DNA of 64,000 nucleotides from Escherichia coli (GTDB lineage: Bacteria > Pseudomonadota > Gammaproteobacteria > Enterobacterales > Enterobacteriaceae): NCBI RefSeq assembly GCF_009931435.1, contig NZ_CP043414.1; one strand, 5' to 3'. The notes under the pieces are model-generated. The model saw only the letters and a program-made list of their open reading frames with translations, was not told the origin of the DNA and did no database searches. Positions 11,860-22,160 of the stretch are shown here, in pieces. The position numbers were made by a program, and so were the translations under genes. Positions within the stretch are counted from its first letter, which is position 1, and each line of letters starts with the position of its first letter.

Positions 11860-12780
11860 ATGAATATGAAATTGAAAACATTATTCGCAGCGGCCTTCGC
11901 TGTTGTCGGCTTTTGCAGTACCGCCTCTGCGGTAACTTATCCTCTGCCAACCGACGGGAGTCGCGTGGTTGGTCAGAATCAGGTGATCACCATTCCTGAA
12001 GGTAACACTCAGCCGCTGGAGTATTTTGCCGCCGAGTACCAGATGGGTCTTTCCAACATGATGGAAGCTAACCCGGGTGTGGATACCTTCCTGCCGAAAG
12101 GCGGTACTGTACTGAACATTCCGCAGCAGCTGATCCTGCCGGATACCGTTCATGAAGGCATTGTCATTAACAGCGCAGAGATGCGTCTCTATTACTATCC
12201 GAAAGGCAGCAACACCGTTATCGTGCTGCCCATCGGCATTGGTCAGTTAGGCAAAGACACGCCTATCAACTGGACCACCAAAGTTGAGCGTAAGAAAGCA
12301 GGCCCGACCTGGACGCCGACCGCAAAAATGCACGCAGAGTACCGCGCTGCGGGCGAACCGCTTCCGGCTGTCGTTCCGGCAGGTCCGGATAACCCGATGG
12401 GGCTGTATGCACTCTACATCGGTCGCCTGTACGCTATCCATGGCACCAACGCCAACTTCGGTATCGGTCTGCGTGTAAGTCATGGCTGTGTGCGTCTGCG
12501 TAACGAAGACATCAAATTCCTGTTCGAGAAAGTACCGGTCGGTACTCGCGTACAGTTTATTGATGAGCCGGTAAAAGCGACCACCGAGCCTGACGGCAGC
12601 CGTTATATTGAAGTCCATAACCCGCTGTCTACCACCGAAGCCCAGTTTGAAGGTCAGGAAATTGTGCCAATTACCCTGACCAAGAGCGTGCAGACAGTAA
12701 CTGGTCAGCCTGATGTTGACCAGGTTGTTCTGGATGAAGCGATCAAAAATCGTTCCGGGATGCCGGTTCGTCTGAATTAA
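11860..12780 (+). CDS. ldtB: L,D-transpeptidase LdtB (YbiS)
   Basis: 306 aa with signal peptide and catalytic SHGC motif ([10 protein letters not shown]). Confidence 0.85.
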   Translation: MNMKLKTLFAAAFAVVGFCSTASAVTYPLPTDGSRVVGQNQVITIPEGNTQPLEYFAAEYQMGLSNMMEANPGVDTFLPKGGTVLNIPQQLILPDTVHEGIVINSAEMRLYYYPKGSNTVIVLPIGIGQLGKDTPINWTTKVERKKAGPTWTPTAKMHAEYRAAGEPLPAVVPAGPDNPMGLYALYIGRLYAIHGTNANFGIGLRVSHGCVRLRNEDIKFLFEKVPVGTRVQFIDEPVKATTEPDGSRYIEVHNPLSTTEAQFEGQEIVPITLTKSVQTVTGQPDVDQVVLDEAIKNRSGMPVRLN

Positions 12781-12799
12781 TCGTCAAAACGTAAAACAG

Positions 12800-12830
12800 A
12801 GGCGGACTCATCATCCGCCTTTTTTATTTG
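12800..12830. terminator. Bidirectional rho-independent terminator between convergent ldtB and ybiR
   Basis: Hairpin aggcggactcatcatccgcct followed by ttttttatttg; A-rich on the other side. Confidence 0.6.
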
Positions 12831-12837
12831 CCAGACC

Positions 12838-13956
12838 CTACCAGGCCGGGAGCATAACGAATAAAACGTATCCCACCAGCGCCGCCCACAACAGCATCGG
12901 TATCGAATAAAGATGAAAACGCCACCAGATACGGCGATCGTTCGCCATCCGTAATGCAATCAAATTTGCCAGCGATCCGGGTAATAAACCAAAGCCACCG
13001 ACGTTTACCGCCCATGCCAGTAATAAAGACGGTGGCACATAATTGAGGAGCAAAATCGTGCTCGGCACATTACTGATCACCTGCGATAAACCAATTGCCG
13101 TTAACCATAATCCGGGTTCGGATAAATGGCTCACATTGCTCAACACGCCCTGCAAAGCTGGCAGTTGGGTCAGCAAATGGACGTCGATAAACATCGCCAT
13201 AAATACCAGCAGCAGCGTCCAGTCCACGCTGATCACCACGCGACGAGCCAGCAGCGCAAAGCCCGCCGCTACAATCACCAGTCCCCACAGCTCTTGTTTT
13301 AACTCCAGCGCCGTCAGAAAGACGATATACAGCCCCAGACAACTCCACACCAGCCGCGGTTTCCACTCAGGTGTTTGCGCCCCCGTATGATATTGCAGCG
13401 CCTTTCCAGGGAAACAACACCAGCACAGTAGCAGGAGTGTCAGCATCATTGCGCCAGCCAGCGGTGCCATTTGGGCAATAAACCCGGCAAACGAAAGACC
13501 AGAACGACCCCAGATAAGAATATTTTGCGGGTTGCCAATCGGCGTCAGTAGCGAACCCGCATTGACTGCCAGCGCCTCAAAAATAATCAGTCGATTAACC
13601 GGGATCTCACACAGTCTTTTTAGCGTGATGGTCAGCGGAACAACTATAAACAGCGCGACATCGTTGGTCAGAAAGGTAGAAAGTAGCGCCGCCGCCAGCA
13701 CCATAAACATCGCCAGCCGTCGCTCCGTAGCAAAGCGGCGCACCATTTTGCGCCCCAGCACATCAAAATAACCGCTTAACTCCACACCTTTGGTCAGCAG
13801 CATCAGACCGCTTAAGGTGATGATGGTGTGCCAGTCGATAGCAGCAGGCCAGGATTTCGGTGCAAAGGGAACAAAAAAACTTAATCCGATGCCAACAAGA
13901 ATTAATAACTGAAAAAAACGATCGCCTTGCAGCGTGCGTAAAAAAGGCAGGCTCAT
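12838..13956 (-). CDS. ybiR: Inner-membrane transporter YbiR (ArsB/NhaD-like permease)
   Basis: 372 aa, highly hydrophobic multi-TM protein; syntenic. Confidence 0.8.
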
Positions 13957-14420
13957 TTGGCACCGTGTTTCTGGGTAAACAAACGAAAGGCATCCAGCGT
14001 CTCTTCACTAACATGGTGCTCCATGCCTTCCGCGTCGCGACGGGCGATTTCCGGACTGACGCCCAACACCAACAAGAAATTTTCGACTATCTGATGTCGC
14101 TCGCGGCTTTCCTGCGCCAGTTTCTCTCCTTCTGCCGTTAAAAACACGCCACGCCAGGGGATCATTTCAATCAGCCCCATGGTTGCCAGTCGTTTGAGCA
14201 TTTTAGCCACCGTCGGTTGCGAAACGCCCAGACGAGCAGCCATGTCCACCTGACGAGCTTCCCCCACTTCCCTGATCAAGTCAGAAATCAGCTCAACGTA
14301 ATCATCAATAAGCTCGCGCCGGTGTGCCTCTCTGACCTGGCGGAACCCTTCAACGTGCTCTTCCACATTCACTAACTGCGTCACTTTTTTTGCTGTTGGC
14401 GTACCTGCGCGACGACTCAT
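13953..14420 (-). CDS. mntR: Manganese-responsive transcriptional regulator MntR (DtxR family)
   Basis: 155 aa [31 protein letters not shown]...; recognised MntR. Confidence 0.9.
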
Positions 14421-14520
14421 TGTGCTTCCTCATTATGGTGACGCATACATAGCGTTCTCATTTCGTGCGCACATTGTAAACCAGAGTTGCGAAGGTACAA
14501 AAAATTAACGTTTTAGCAAT

Positions 14521-14547
14521 AGCTATATAATATAGCCATTGCTAAAT
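14521..14547. repeat. Left junction repeat with MntR-box-like dyad (candidate attL/target duplication)
   Basis: agctatataatatagccattgctaaat; 22/27 identical to 45328-45354; lies inside larger palindrome tttagcaatagctatat/atatagccattgctaaa (14512-14546). Confidence 0.4.
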
Positions 14548-14824
14548 ACATAAAATCAAATAAAATCATAATGTTAACAAAACAAAAAAAATAATCAATG
14601 TCGCAAAAATGTCTCACAAAACAAAAGCCATAACTTATTTGCTTGTTTTTTTATAGTGTCAGTATTAATCTAGTATATCAAAATGTTATCACTTCAATTA
14701 TTCTCTGCTTAACATTTATTTAAGAAATAATATTTTTAAGCTCTTTAAAAAAACCTTAAATAACGCTGATAGTTTCTTAGGAAAACTTAACGATAGTGGT
14801 AAATTAATCCCAAAGGACTAAAAA

Positions 14825-16060
14825 ATGGTATTAAGTAACTGTATTCAATGTCAGTCATGCAAATTTATATATAGAGTTAGGGTTGGTATTGGGTTTGATA
14901 AATACCAAAGACATTATATGGACTGTTTTGAGTGTAATATTCCTATTGTTTTTGCTATACGAACAGACCCACCAAATGCTTATCTTGAAGCGGAAGAAAA
15001 CTGCCTAATTGTTGAACATAGTACAGACCACAAGGTTGTTAACTTCCATCCGGGATGTGCTTTTAATAAAGATGAGATACATCAGTCACTGATATTCCCA
15101 TCTATTGAATTGACACAAATGATTCATAAACATATGAGGATGCCGAAAGGACAACGCCTTATAAGTGCCTCTCATCAATTTGATATTCCCAACGCCCCCT
15201 CCAAATGGAATTATTTAAAATCAATAATAAAACTTATTAATGAAGGAAAGAAAGACAAAGCTCAGAATACAGCAAAGCTTTATATGCAATCAAGAAATAA
15301 AGAGTTACCTTTGTATAATGAAGATGATAGCTATTCCTCTACATCTCTAATCTATGAGTTTTTAGATTGGCTTTTCTATCCTCGAGTACATGATATAGCC
15401 GATTCCATTAAAAAAACAATTGATGACCTTAAAGAACAAAATTTGTTGGATGATTTTTACGCTTTCTATAAAGAAAATTTAAAATCCGAAAATGAACAAA
15501 GATACATCAATATAATATCAGATTTCATGGCTCGTAGAGATCATTTCGGGCAGTTAATCTATTACGCAAGAATTAACAACGATGCAATAGACGATAAGAT
15601 AATTAGCTCTAAGAACTTCGATAATGTAAGAAATTATTATGGAGATGCTTATGAAAGTCTGACATCTAACATGACTATTTTAGCATGTATTAATAACATC
15701 GTCAGTGGAAGGGCATTCGATCAGTTCAAGCAAATGACATTGAATAAATACATAAAGGATGTAAATAAAGACAGTAAAACAAACCCATTTAAGGACAACC
15801 CTTTATTTAGCGCATTTTGTGAAGATGATTTAGAGTCAGCAATAAGAAATGGTTCTCATCATGCCTCTATATGGCATGACGGAGAGAGTATTCGATATAG
15901 AAGTGGCGGAACTGGCGCAGAAAGAGAAATAAGCTATACAAAATATATTCACCTTTGTAATAAGCTAACTCTTAAAATCGTAAGTTTGTGGTTAATTGAA
16001 CTTCATATCCAACATATTTACGAAAAAGATGATAATAGCTATGCATGGTTTCATCTTTAA
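14825..16060 (+). CDS. Hypothetical 411-aa protein with N-terminal CxxCxxC...CxxC zinc-ribbon-like cluster; orphan cargo, candidate defence/abortive-infection protein
   Basis: ORF track; A/T-rich codon usage, preceded by ~270 bp of extremely A/T-rich DNA; Cys at 6,9,12,34,37; R-x4-H (RNGSHH) near C-terminus; no family recognised. Confidence 0.5.
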   Translation: MVLSNCIQCQSCKFIYRVRVGIGFDKYQRHYMDCFECNIPIVFAIRTDPPNAYLEAEENCLIVEHSTDHKVVNFHPGCAFNKDEIHQSLIFPSIELTQMIHKHMRMPKGQRLISASHQFDIPNAPSKWNYLKSIIKLINEGKKDKAQNTAKLYMQSRNKELPLYNEDDSYSSTSLIYEFLDWLFYPRVHDIADSIKKTIDDLKEQNLLDDFYAFYKENLKSENEQRYINIISDFMARRDHFGQLIYYARINNDAIDDKIISSKNFDNVRNYYGDAYESLTSNMTILACINNIVSGRAFDQFKQMTLNKYIKDVNKDSKTNPFKDNPLFSAFCEDDLESAIRNGSHHASIWHDGESIRYRSGGTGAEREISYTKYIHLCNKLTLKIVSLWLIELHIQHIYEKDDNSYAWFHL

Positions 16061-16081
16061 GTTAAATATTTGATTCACTAA

Positions 16082-16368
16082 TTTTCAGTTTCTACTCACT
16101 CTAATGATTGTACATAGCCCGCACCATTCTTGGTATTGCGGGCTTTCAGCCGTTTATATCACTTAACGCAATTAGATCATGCAACTTTACACAATATGGT
16201 TTTTTCTATTATTTTTCAGTTGGTTGAATGGATTAGCCATCACACAACTGATCTATAAAACTGAAAAACACTGAAATTCTTTTCAATCTTTTCAGTGGCA
16301 GCTCTCCGGCAAACCGCCAACAGTGGCGCAGCCTGACGCTCACGTTTGTAGAAAAATAAAACTGAAAA
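16082..16368. repeat. Non-coding region with repeated TTTTCAG / CTGAAAA heptamers
   Basis: TTTTCAG at about 16082, 16213, 16289; CTGAAAA/CTGAAAT at about 16261, 16271, 16362; between convergent cargo gene and phage tail operon. Confidence 0.4.
16116..16144 (+). terminator. Possible terminator downstream of the 411-aa gene
   Basis: Hairpin agcccgca...tgcgggct followed by ttcagccgtttat (weak T-run). Confidence 0.35.
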
Positions 16369-16555
16369 ATTTTATCGATCCAGAAACCGCAGGCGGGTGC
16401 GGTGTAGTGCCATTTTGGTCTGCGAAAGATTTATTTTGTCAGTGCGTAGTGCCGTCAGCGCAACGTGACAGCACAGATCCTTTTGTGGTGTTACGGGATG
16501 GTGGTCAGAGAAAAAAAGTGCTTAGAATGCTTCTGGTTGCGTGAGAATACAGGTA

Positions 16556-16578
16556 TAAAAAACCCGCACTAGGCGGGT
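16556..16578 (-). terminator. Rho-independent terminator of the phage late (tail) operon
   Basis: On minus strand: hairpin cccgcctagtgcggg followed by ttttttatac, 12 nt after stop of 16590-16844 ORF. Confidence 0.6.
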
Positions 16579-16589
16579 ACTAAAGAGAG

Positions 16590-16844
16590 CTATTTCATTT
16601 CGTTAAGTGCGTACGCACCTCTATCAGTGAGTGCAAAAAAGCCATCCCTTACGCTGGGTTGAATCAACCCAAACATACGCAATTCACCCAGTATTTGTTC
16701 TGAGCGACTACCAGCACCAGAATGCTTAATTAGTGCAAATTCAGGCTGTGCTTCTTCACTGAGCAAAGTCAATATTTTGACAATGGCGTCACGTTTGCTT
16801 TCATCTGCAATGTCATGGTATGGATTGATGGAACAGGTTACCAT
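16590..16844 (-). CDS. Hypothetical 84-aa protein, possible winged-helix DNA-binding fold
   Basis: ORF track; last gene of tail-operon direction; C-terminal segment GSRSEQILGELRMFGLIQ...FFALTDRGAYAL resembles wHTH regulators. Confidence 0.4.
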   Translation of the reverse strand: MVTCSINPYHDIADESKRDAIVKILTLLSEEAQPEFALIKHSGAGSRSEQILGELRMFGLIQPSVRDGFFALTDRGAYALNEMK

Positions 16845-17020
16845 AGTGTTTTCCTTTTTTTATGAAAATCATATTTTACCATATCCCAACACGCCATATT
16901 GAAGTGCTCAATATTCACTCACCCTAAAAGGTATCTGTTGTGCAATCAGTTCCCCTACTCCCAGGTATCGCGGTTAAACAGGTATCAAAAAGCCGCATTA
17001 TGCGCGGGCTGATGGGATGA

Positions 17021-18724
17021 TCAGGCGATGATTTTCTGGTACTTACTTCGGGTCTGTCCTGCTTTCTCTGCTGTCTGGGTAAATGCTCCGGCATTGGTTG
17101 GCGTACCAACACTGGGGTGCGAATGACTCGCACATTGCTGCGCCAGCTCTGCCAGTAAATCAATGGTGTCCAACATCATGGTCAGCGTGTTTACACTCTC
17201 ACTGCCGATATGGATGGTTGGCCCCATAATCTGCTGACCGCCCGATGCTACCGATTTGCGTAATGCAGTAATCTTTTCAGTCAGGCTTTCGCCAACCTCC
17301 ACGGCTACAGCACCGCCCACTTTAATGGACTGCTGTCCTGCTATGTCCGTTTCTTCGTTTCCTTCAATGCTGGCCAGCCTGTTACCTTTCACGGCCTGGC
17401 TAAAATCCCCGGCACTGACCTGCTGAATGGCTCCGGCTAGCAGGGTGGCGGTCCCCACCACAATGGTTTTATCCGTGGCTTTAACCGTGGTTTCGCGACT
17501 GACCAGATCACGTTGTTCTGTATCTGCTTTTACCGTTCGCACCATCGATGTTTCACTGATGGTCTGATCGGTCTGCCTTACCCAGTCACCCGCCAGAGTC
17601 ACCCTCTGGGATACTTCTTCCCGCTGCTGCTGCAATTGCTCACCGGGTTTAACGTCCGGCAGACTGGTGCCATCCGGTAGCGTCTGCCTGATAAAAGGTT
17701 TATCCGGTCTGCCTCCTGTGAATGCGACCTCAACCAGCGTCCCTTCTGGCGGGAACTGAAACATACCTGAATCATTCCCGGCCATTGGTACCGGCAGCGG
17801 CACCGCTGAATAAACAGGCGTCTGATTGTCCGGATTTCCGTCTGCGTCAAGCAGCTGCACGTCCACGGCGTAACGTGGCCGGAAGGGATCGGCAAAGTTA
17901 CCGCTTTTTACCGGCTCTGAATGCGCCACGACTCTGGCCATCTTTGGCAAATGAAGCCCGGATGCCAGTTCCGGGTAATGGCTTTCAATCTGCCGTTGCG
18001 CTGGTGTTTTCTGCAAAGGTTTACCCGTTGCGCGGTTTCTCGGCGTCCATGTGATCGCCATCGTGTCATTAGTCAGGTGAACTTTAGTCACGCGTTCACC
18101 GTTCATCTCCACCCCTGGCCGCATAGTCTGGATCACTGGTAATGTCACAGAGTTACCGCCAGCAGCCCCCTGGCTGAACTCTGACGGGATTTCTACTGGA
18201 CGACCGGCAAACAATGACTTTTCTGCGCCGCCGACGTAAAGCGAACCATCAGGTAACTGGTACCAGATGTAATCCTGGATACTGAACGCCCTGCCCAGAT
18301 TGTTCAGCAACTGATAACCAGTACCGTTATGGGTAAAATGTGGGATGGGGGTATCGCTGTACTGTGCATCAGGCACACTGACCGTGATCCCGCTGTTTTC
18401 TTCCAGCCAGCCCGCAATTTCACGCAAAGTCGGGTGTTGAAACGAACATGGCCACATCCTTTCAAACACACCTACCAGCTCACGAATGAATAGGCGCTGA
18501 AAACCGTTTTCAGCGGGCTGCGATCGCTCCACATACCCCGTAAACCAGCGCAAAAGCAGATCGGTATACCCCACATCCAGCCGCACCAGTTTTCCGGTGT
18601 AATCGGTTGTTGTCTCTGCGGTGATGAAGCCCCGGCCGCAGCTGTTCAGCTCCAGTACCAGGCTGACATCCACCAGGTGAACTTCATCCGTTGAAAGGTA
18701 AAGACGTTTTACTGGTTTCATCAT
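17021..18724 (-). CDS. Phage tail/baseplate protein, probable hub-spike (gpD/VgrG-like), 567 aa
   Basis: Size, position at end of tail module, Gly/Thr/Val-rich beta-strand-like C-terminal half; family assignment by recall only. Confidence 0.45.
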   Translation of the reverse strand: MMKPVKRLYLSTDEVHLVDVSLVLELNSCGRGFITAETTTDYTGKLVRLDVGYTDLLLRWFTGYVERSQPAENGFQRLFIRELVGVFERMWPCSFQHPTLREIAGWLEENSGITVSVPDAQYSDTPIPHFTHNGTGYQLLNNLGRAFSIQDYIWYQLPDGSLYVGGAEKSLFAGRPVEIPSEFSQGAAGGNSVTLPVIQTMRPGVEMNGERVTKVHLTNDTMAITWTPRNRATGKPLQKTPAQRQIESHYPELASGLHLPKMARVVAHSEPVKSGNFADPFRPRYAVDVQLLDADGNPDNQTPVYSAVPLPVPMAGNDSGMFQFPPEGTLVEVAFTGGRPDKPFIRQTLPDGTSLPDVKPGEQLQQQREEVSQRVTLAGDWVRQTDQTISETSMVRTVKADTEQRDLVSRETTVKATDKTIVVGTATLLAGAIQQVSAGDFSQAVKGNRLASIEGNEETDIAGQQSIKVGGAVAVEVGESLTEKITALRKSVASGGQQIMGPTIHIGSESVNTLTMMLDTIDLLAELAQQCASHSHPSVGTPTNAGAFTQTAEKAGQTRSKYQKIIA

Positions 18725-19269
18725 TAATCCAAAGCATCATTGACGGGCTTCAGCACCTTGCGTTCAAACCACGTCAGTTTTTCTTCATCCTCTCCGGCAG
18801 ACTGGCCACCGAACTGCCCCGCACTACCGGCAGTCTGTTTTTTTGCGGTCGTCTTACCTGTTGCCCTGGCCTCTCGCTTTTCCTGCACGCTGATATGTTC
18901 AGCCAGTGTGAATGTCACCAGCCAGGACATTTTCCCGTCCTGCTGGGGCGCATCCAGCATTCCGCTGAACGTTGCTTCACGAAAATTAACAGCACGGGCA
19001 ACTTCATGCGCCACGCGGTACTTCTGACGATTACCACTGGCATCGGTAGCACTGGCCAGCTCAAAAATACGCTTCAGTATTTCAGGCTGTTTAAAAGGTA
19101 TTTCACCGCTGATCCGCAGTTCCTTTCCCTTTGCTCCCTGCTCTGATTTTGTTGTGGCACTGGTCTGGCCGGACTGATCTTTATCCTGAAATTGCTGTGA
19201 AACAGTCACCCGCATGTTTTTCAGCTGGATGGCCTCGCCATTAAGCGCCAGTGTCGGGATCGAAGTCAT
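18724..19269 (-). CDS. Phage tail-associated protein (possibly gpU-like), 181 aa
   Basis: Start overlaps stop of upstream gene; located in tail module; no motif recognised. Confidence 0.35.
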   Translation of the reverse strand: MTSIPTLALNGEAIQLKNMRVTVSQQFQDKDQSGQTSATTKSEQGAKGKELRISGEIPFKQPEILKRIFELASATDASGNRQKYRVAHEVARAVNFREATFSGMLDAPQQDGKMSWLVTFTLAEHISVQEKREARATGKTTAKKQTAGSAGQFGGQSAGEDEEKLTWFERKVLKPVNDALD

Positions 19270-19966
19270 GAATCATTCCCTTTATTCCATCAAGATTATC
19301 GCCAACCAGCATCATGGCTGCGGTGTAAACGGCAGACTGCTGCGGAATGTCCTTCACCAGTTCCAGTAACGTTGTGCCGGTGTCTCCGCTGGCAGTAAAA
19401 ACCCACGCTCTGGCACTCTTCCCCTGTAAGTCATTCAGGCCGCTGGCCACATCACTGATAAGCTGGTCACGCAGCTGCGTGAACTCGCCCAGCTGTTTTT
19501 TCAGCCCTTCGATATCAAATCCGGCACCCGCCACCTTTTGTGCCTGGTTGATTGCCGCAGCAGATAAAGCTGCCCTGCTGGTTGGTACAGACAGTGGAAT
19601 GGACGCAGGTAACGCTGCGGCGGTTTTCGCCGGGATCTGCATCTTTTCAATAGCCAGCGCTGCGGCGGATTGCGCCAGCCGTTTTACCTGCGTGAATGCC
19701 GGGGCGGGGAAAATCCCGACCAGGTTATTCAGGCTGGCCATAAAGTTTTCCTGCGTCTGTCCGGTGACCATCATAATCACCACGTCCACATTCCCCCCAG
19801 TTCCGGCCAGGCGTTCAGCAAGATAGCGAACAGCATTAACCGGGCTGAGATATGCCCCGTTCGCTGTCTGCTGTCCCAGCCCATAAATCCACGGATGCGC
19901 AGGGACGATCGAACAGTTCAGCGCAGCAACAGAATCCGTGAAGGCCAGACGTGCTTCACGCCACAT
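19241..19966 (-). CDS. Phage tail-associated protein of unknown function
   Basis: Track ORF 19241-20002; likely start at internal ATG (MWREARLAF...) overlapping Tfa stop; Ala-rich. Confidence 0.35.
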   Translation of the reverse strand: MWREARLAFTDSVAALNCSIVPAHPWIYGLGQQTANGAYLSPVNAVRYLAERLAGTGGNVDVVIMMVTGQTQENFMASLNNLVGIFPAPAFTQVKRLAQSAAALAIEKMQIPAKTAAALPASIPLSVPTSRAALSAAAINQAQKVAGAGFDIEGLKKQLGEFTQLRDQLISDVASGLNDLQGKSARAWVFTASGDTGTTLLELVKDIPQQSAVYTAAMMLVGDNLDGIKGMIHDFDPDTGA

Positions 19967-20543
19967 TTCCAGGCACCTCCGGCCACACAATTTCCGGCGC
20001 ATCTTCCGCTTGAATACGATTCAGTAAAACGCGGTATTTTTTCCATGCGGTAAGTAACAATGTTTCTTCCTGGCTCGCCATGCCTAAAACAACAGCATCC
20101 TGCAATGTGGCAATGGCAGTATGGGCCTGTTTAAGCAGTCTTATCTTTTCCAATTCTGCCTCACGGGTTAATGCAACTCGCATAGACTCAGCATCATCCT
20201 CCCATTTACTGCCATTCCATTTTTGCCATGCGTTTTCAGGCTCCAGAGTAGTTGTTCCAGCTGGATAATCCCCTGGTGCTGTTATCACGAACCTTCTAGC
20301 GTCTTTCGTATCAAATACAATTTCGCCACGGTGATCTTTAATAGCAATCCATTTCTGTTTTTCTGTATTAAAAATTGCCACGAATCCGTCTTTTGTTAAT
20401 GGAGGTTTAATTGTGGTGCAATTGGCTGGTAGTCCTGTGTGAGCGGGAATAAAAGCGTTATCACTACCAATAAACTCATTCGTCTCAGAATGAAGTTTAT
20501 AAACAGTAACTGTTTGATCGATATCACTCATTTTAAATATCAT
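19956..20543 (-). CDS. Tail fiber assembly protein (Tfa, gpG-like)
   Basis: 195 aa directly downstream of tail fiber gene with overlapping start/stop; typical Tfa size and N-terminal motif. Confidence 0.7.
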   Translation of the reverse strand: MIFKMSDIDQTVTVYKLHSETNEFIGSDNAFIPAHTGLPANCTTIKPPLTKDGFVAIFNTEKQKWIAIKDHRGEIVFDTKDARRFVITAPGDYPAGTTTLEPENAWQKWNGSKWEDDAESMRVALTREAELEKIRLLKQAHTAIATLQDAVVLGMASQEETLLLTAWKKYRVLLNRIQAEDAPEIVWPEVPGNVA

Positions 20544-22150
20544 TAAGCGAGTCTCACGATATAGTTTAATGCAATGTTTTTAACAGTGTTTTCTGAAGTA
20601 CCCGCAGCATTAACCGTAATGGTGTGTCCATGCGAACCAATCGCAACAGAGTGCGTATGAGCACCAATACCGACAGTATGTTTATGCTCCCCAGCACTTG
20701 CTGCAGTACCTGATACCGAGTGGGTGTGTGCGCCCGCAGAATTCGTTGCACCTAAGTGAGTTTGAGCAGAGTTCGACGAAGCTACTCTACCGGAGCTAAC
20801 GTTAGCATTATCTCCCTGAGATATCGGATGTGTATGTGCACCTGCTGAAGCAGCTGTTCCGCTAACACTATGGGTATGAGCACCAGTGTTATTCGTAGAT
20901 TTAGTTCCATAATCAAACGATGATGTGGTTTTTGTCCCTAAATCGGTATTTGAGGCACTGGCGCTATGGGTATGTGACTTAATATTATCCTGTTCATAAG
21001 ATAATACGGCACGTCCGCTGTTAGGCTTACCTTTAATCGTCTGCCCGCGCATATCAGGAATAACACCCAATGGATACGCAGCAGCCAATAATGGATATAC
21101 TGCCTTATCAAAAGACTGCCCCTGCATAATTGCCCAGCCAGGAGGTGGAATATCTGCTGGCCATGGAAGTGGAACACCAACCGGCAGAACATCACTACGA
21201 CTTAAAACGGCCAGTTCACCCAGCTCCAGGCTTTTTCTTGCTTTCACCTTGTCGCTAACATCAGCAAGGTTTGCATCCTTACGCAAAAAATCGCTGCTGG
21301 CCTGCTGTTCTCCCAGGCTACCCTTTGGCCGTAAATCCGTGATGTTGCCATCCGCATCAATGCTGGCCACAGCAAACACATAATGCTGAACCCCGTTCTG
21401 AACATAATCAGCAAGATTTGCTGCCACCGTGATTTTGCTCTGCACATTCCAGACACTGGTCAGTGTCCCTGTCCAGCACACATCCAGCCAGACTTTTACC
21501 GGCTTTGTCGTTACCGTAATATTCTGATTCGCAGCCAGTGACGCACGAAGTCCAGCCACATACCCCGTGCCTTTCGTGACAAAAAACTGATTGCCGGTTT
21601 TGGCTACCAGATACCCGTTACCAAAAAACGCCGCCGCGCCATAAATATCCATATTTTCCAGGCGCTGGCGTTCATCCATTCCGGCCAGACGTGCAGTAAA
21701 ATCAATCTGCCATGTTTCAGCGGGTGTATTAATCCCGGTTTCCGTTTGTGCGCCATTGTACTCCATCAGAAACGAGCGGGTCAGCACGTTCCCCTGTTGA
21801 CCTTCTTTTGTTTTCAGTTTCTGCTGTGATGGTGCATGGACAATCATTGCCAGCGTACCGCTGGCCTTATTGAGCAGACCGATCCAGTTAAAACTGAAAT
21901 CACCCACATCTGCGCCCAGCACTACGGAATAGACCACACCGTTTTCATCCACCACACCGGTGCGGGTAACAGACTGCCGGTGAACAATCTGTGCAGCCGG
22001 TGGTAATGTTTCATTGCGGTCAACAGGTGTATCCGGGTTTAAATCCGGCACACTGGCAAAAACAAATTCATCCAGTAGTACCGGTTCACCCGTTGCGCCC
22101 TGCTGCGCTTTCCAGTTTTCAAACGCCAATGTGATGGCTGTCTGTGACAT
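20543..22150 (-). CDS. Tail fiber protein (gpH-like) with C-terminal His-rich GAHTHS-type repeats
   Basis: 535 aa; repeated [15 protein letters not shown] / GAHTHPIS / [15 protein letters not shown] units near C-terminus. Confidence 0.75.
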   Translation of the reverse strand: MSQTAITLAFENWKAQQGATGEPVLLDEFVFASVPDLNPDTPVDRNETLPPAAQIVHRQSVTRTGVVDENGVVYSVVLGADVGDFSFNWIGLLNKASGTLAMIVHAPSQQKLKTKEGQQGNVLTRSFLMEYNGAQTETGINTPAETWQIDFTARLAGMDERQRLENMDIYGAAAFFGNGYLVAKTGNQFFVTKGTGYVAGLRASLAANQNITVTTKPVKVWLDVCWTGTLTSVWNVQSKITVAANLADYVQNGVQHYVFAVASIDADGNITDLRPKGSLGEQQASSDFLRKDANLADVSDKVKARKSLELGELAVLSRSDVLPVGVPLPWPADIPPPGWAIMQGQSFDKAVYPLLAAAYPLGVIPDMRGQTIKGKPNSGRAVLSYEQDNIKSHTHSASASNTDLGTKTTSSFDYGTKSTNNTGAHTHSVSGTAASAGAHTHPISQGDNANVSSGRVASSNSAQTHLGATNSAGAHTHSVSGTAASAGEHKHTVGIGAHTHSVAIGSHGHTITVNAAGTSENTVKNIALNYIVRLA

Positions 22151-22160
22151 AAAAACCTCC

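Noticed and set aside
16323-16544. 73-aa plus-strand ORF in the repeat-rich non-coding region
   Set aside because: No RBS, runs through hairpin and repeat sequence, and ends in the minus-strand terminator; treated as non-coding.
20543-22150. Diversity-generating retroelement acting on the tail fiber (suggested by the detached repeat copy at 31.1 kb)
   Set aside because: No reverse transcriptase gene anywhere in the window and no adenine-specific mismatch pattern visible between the copies; left as simple repeat homology.
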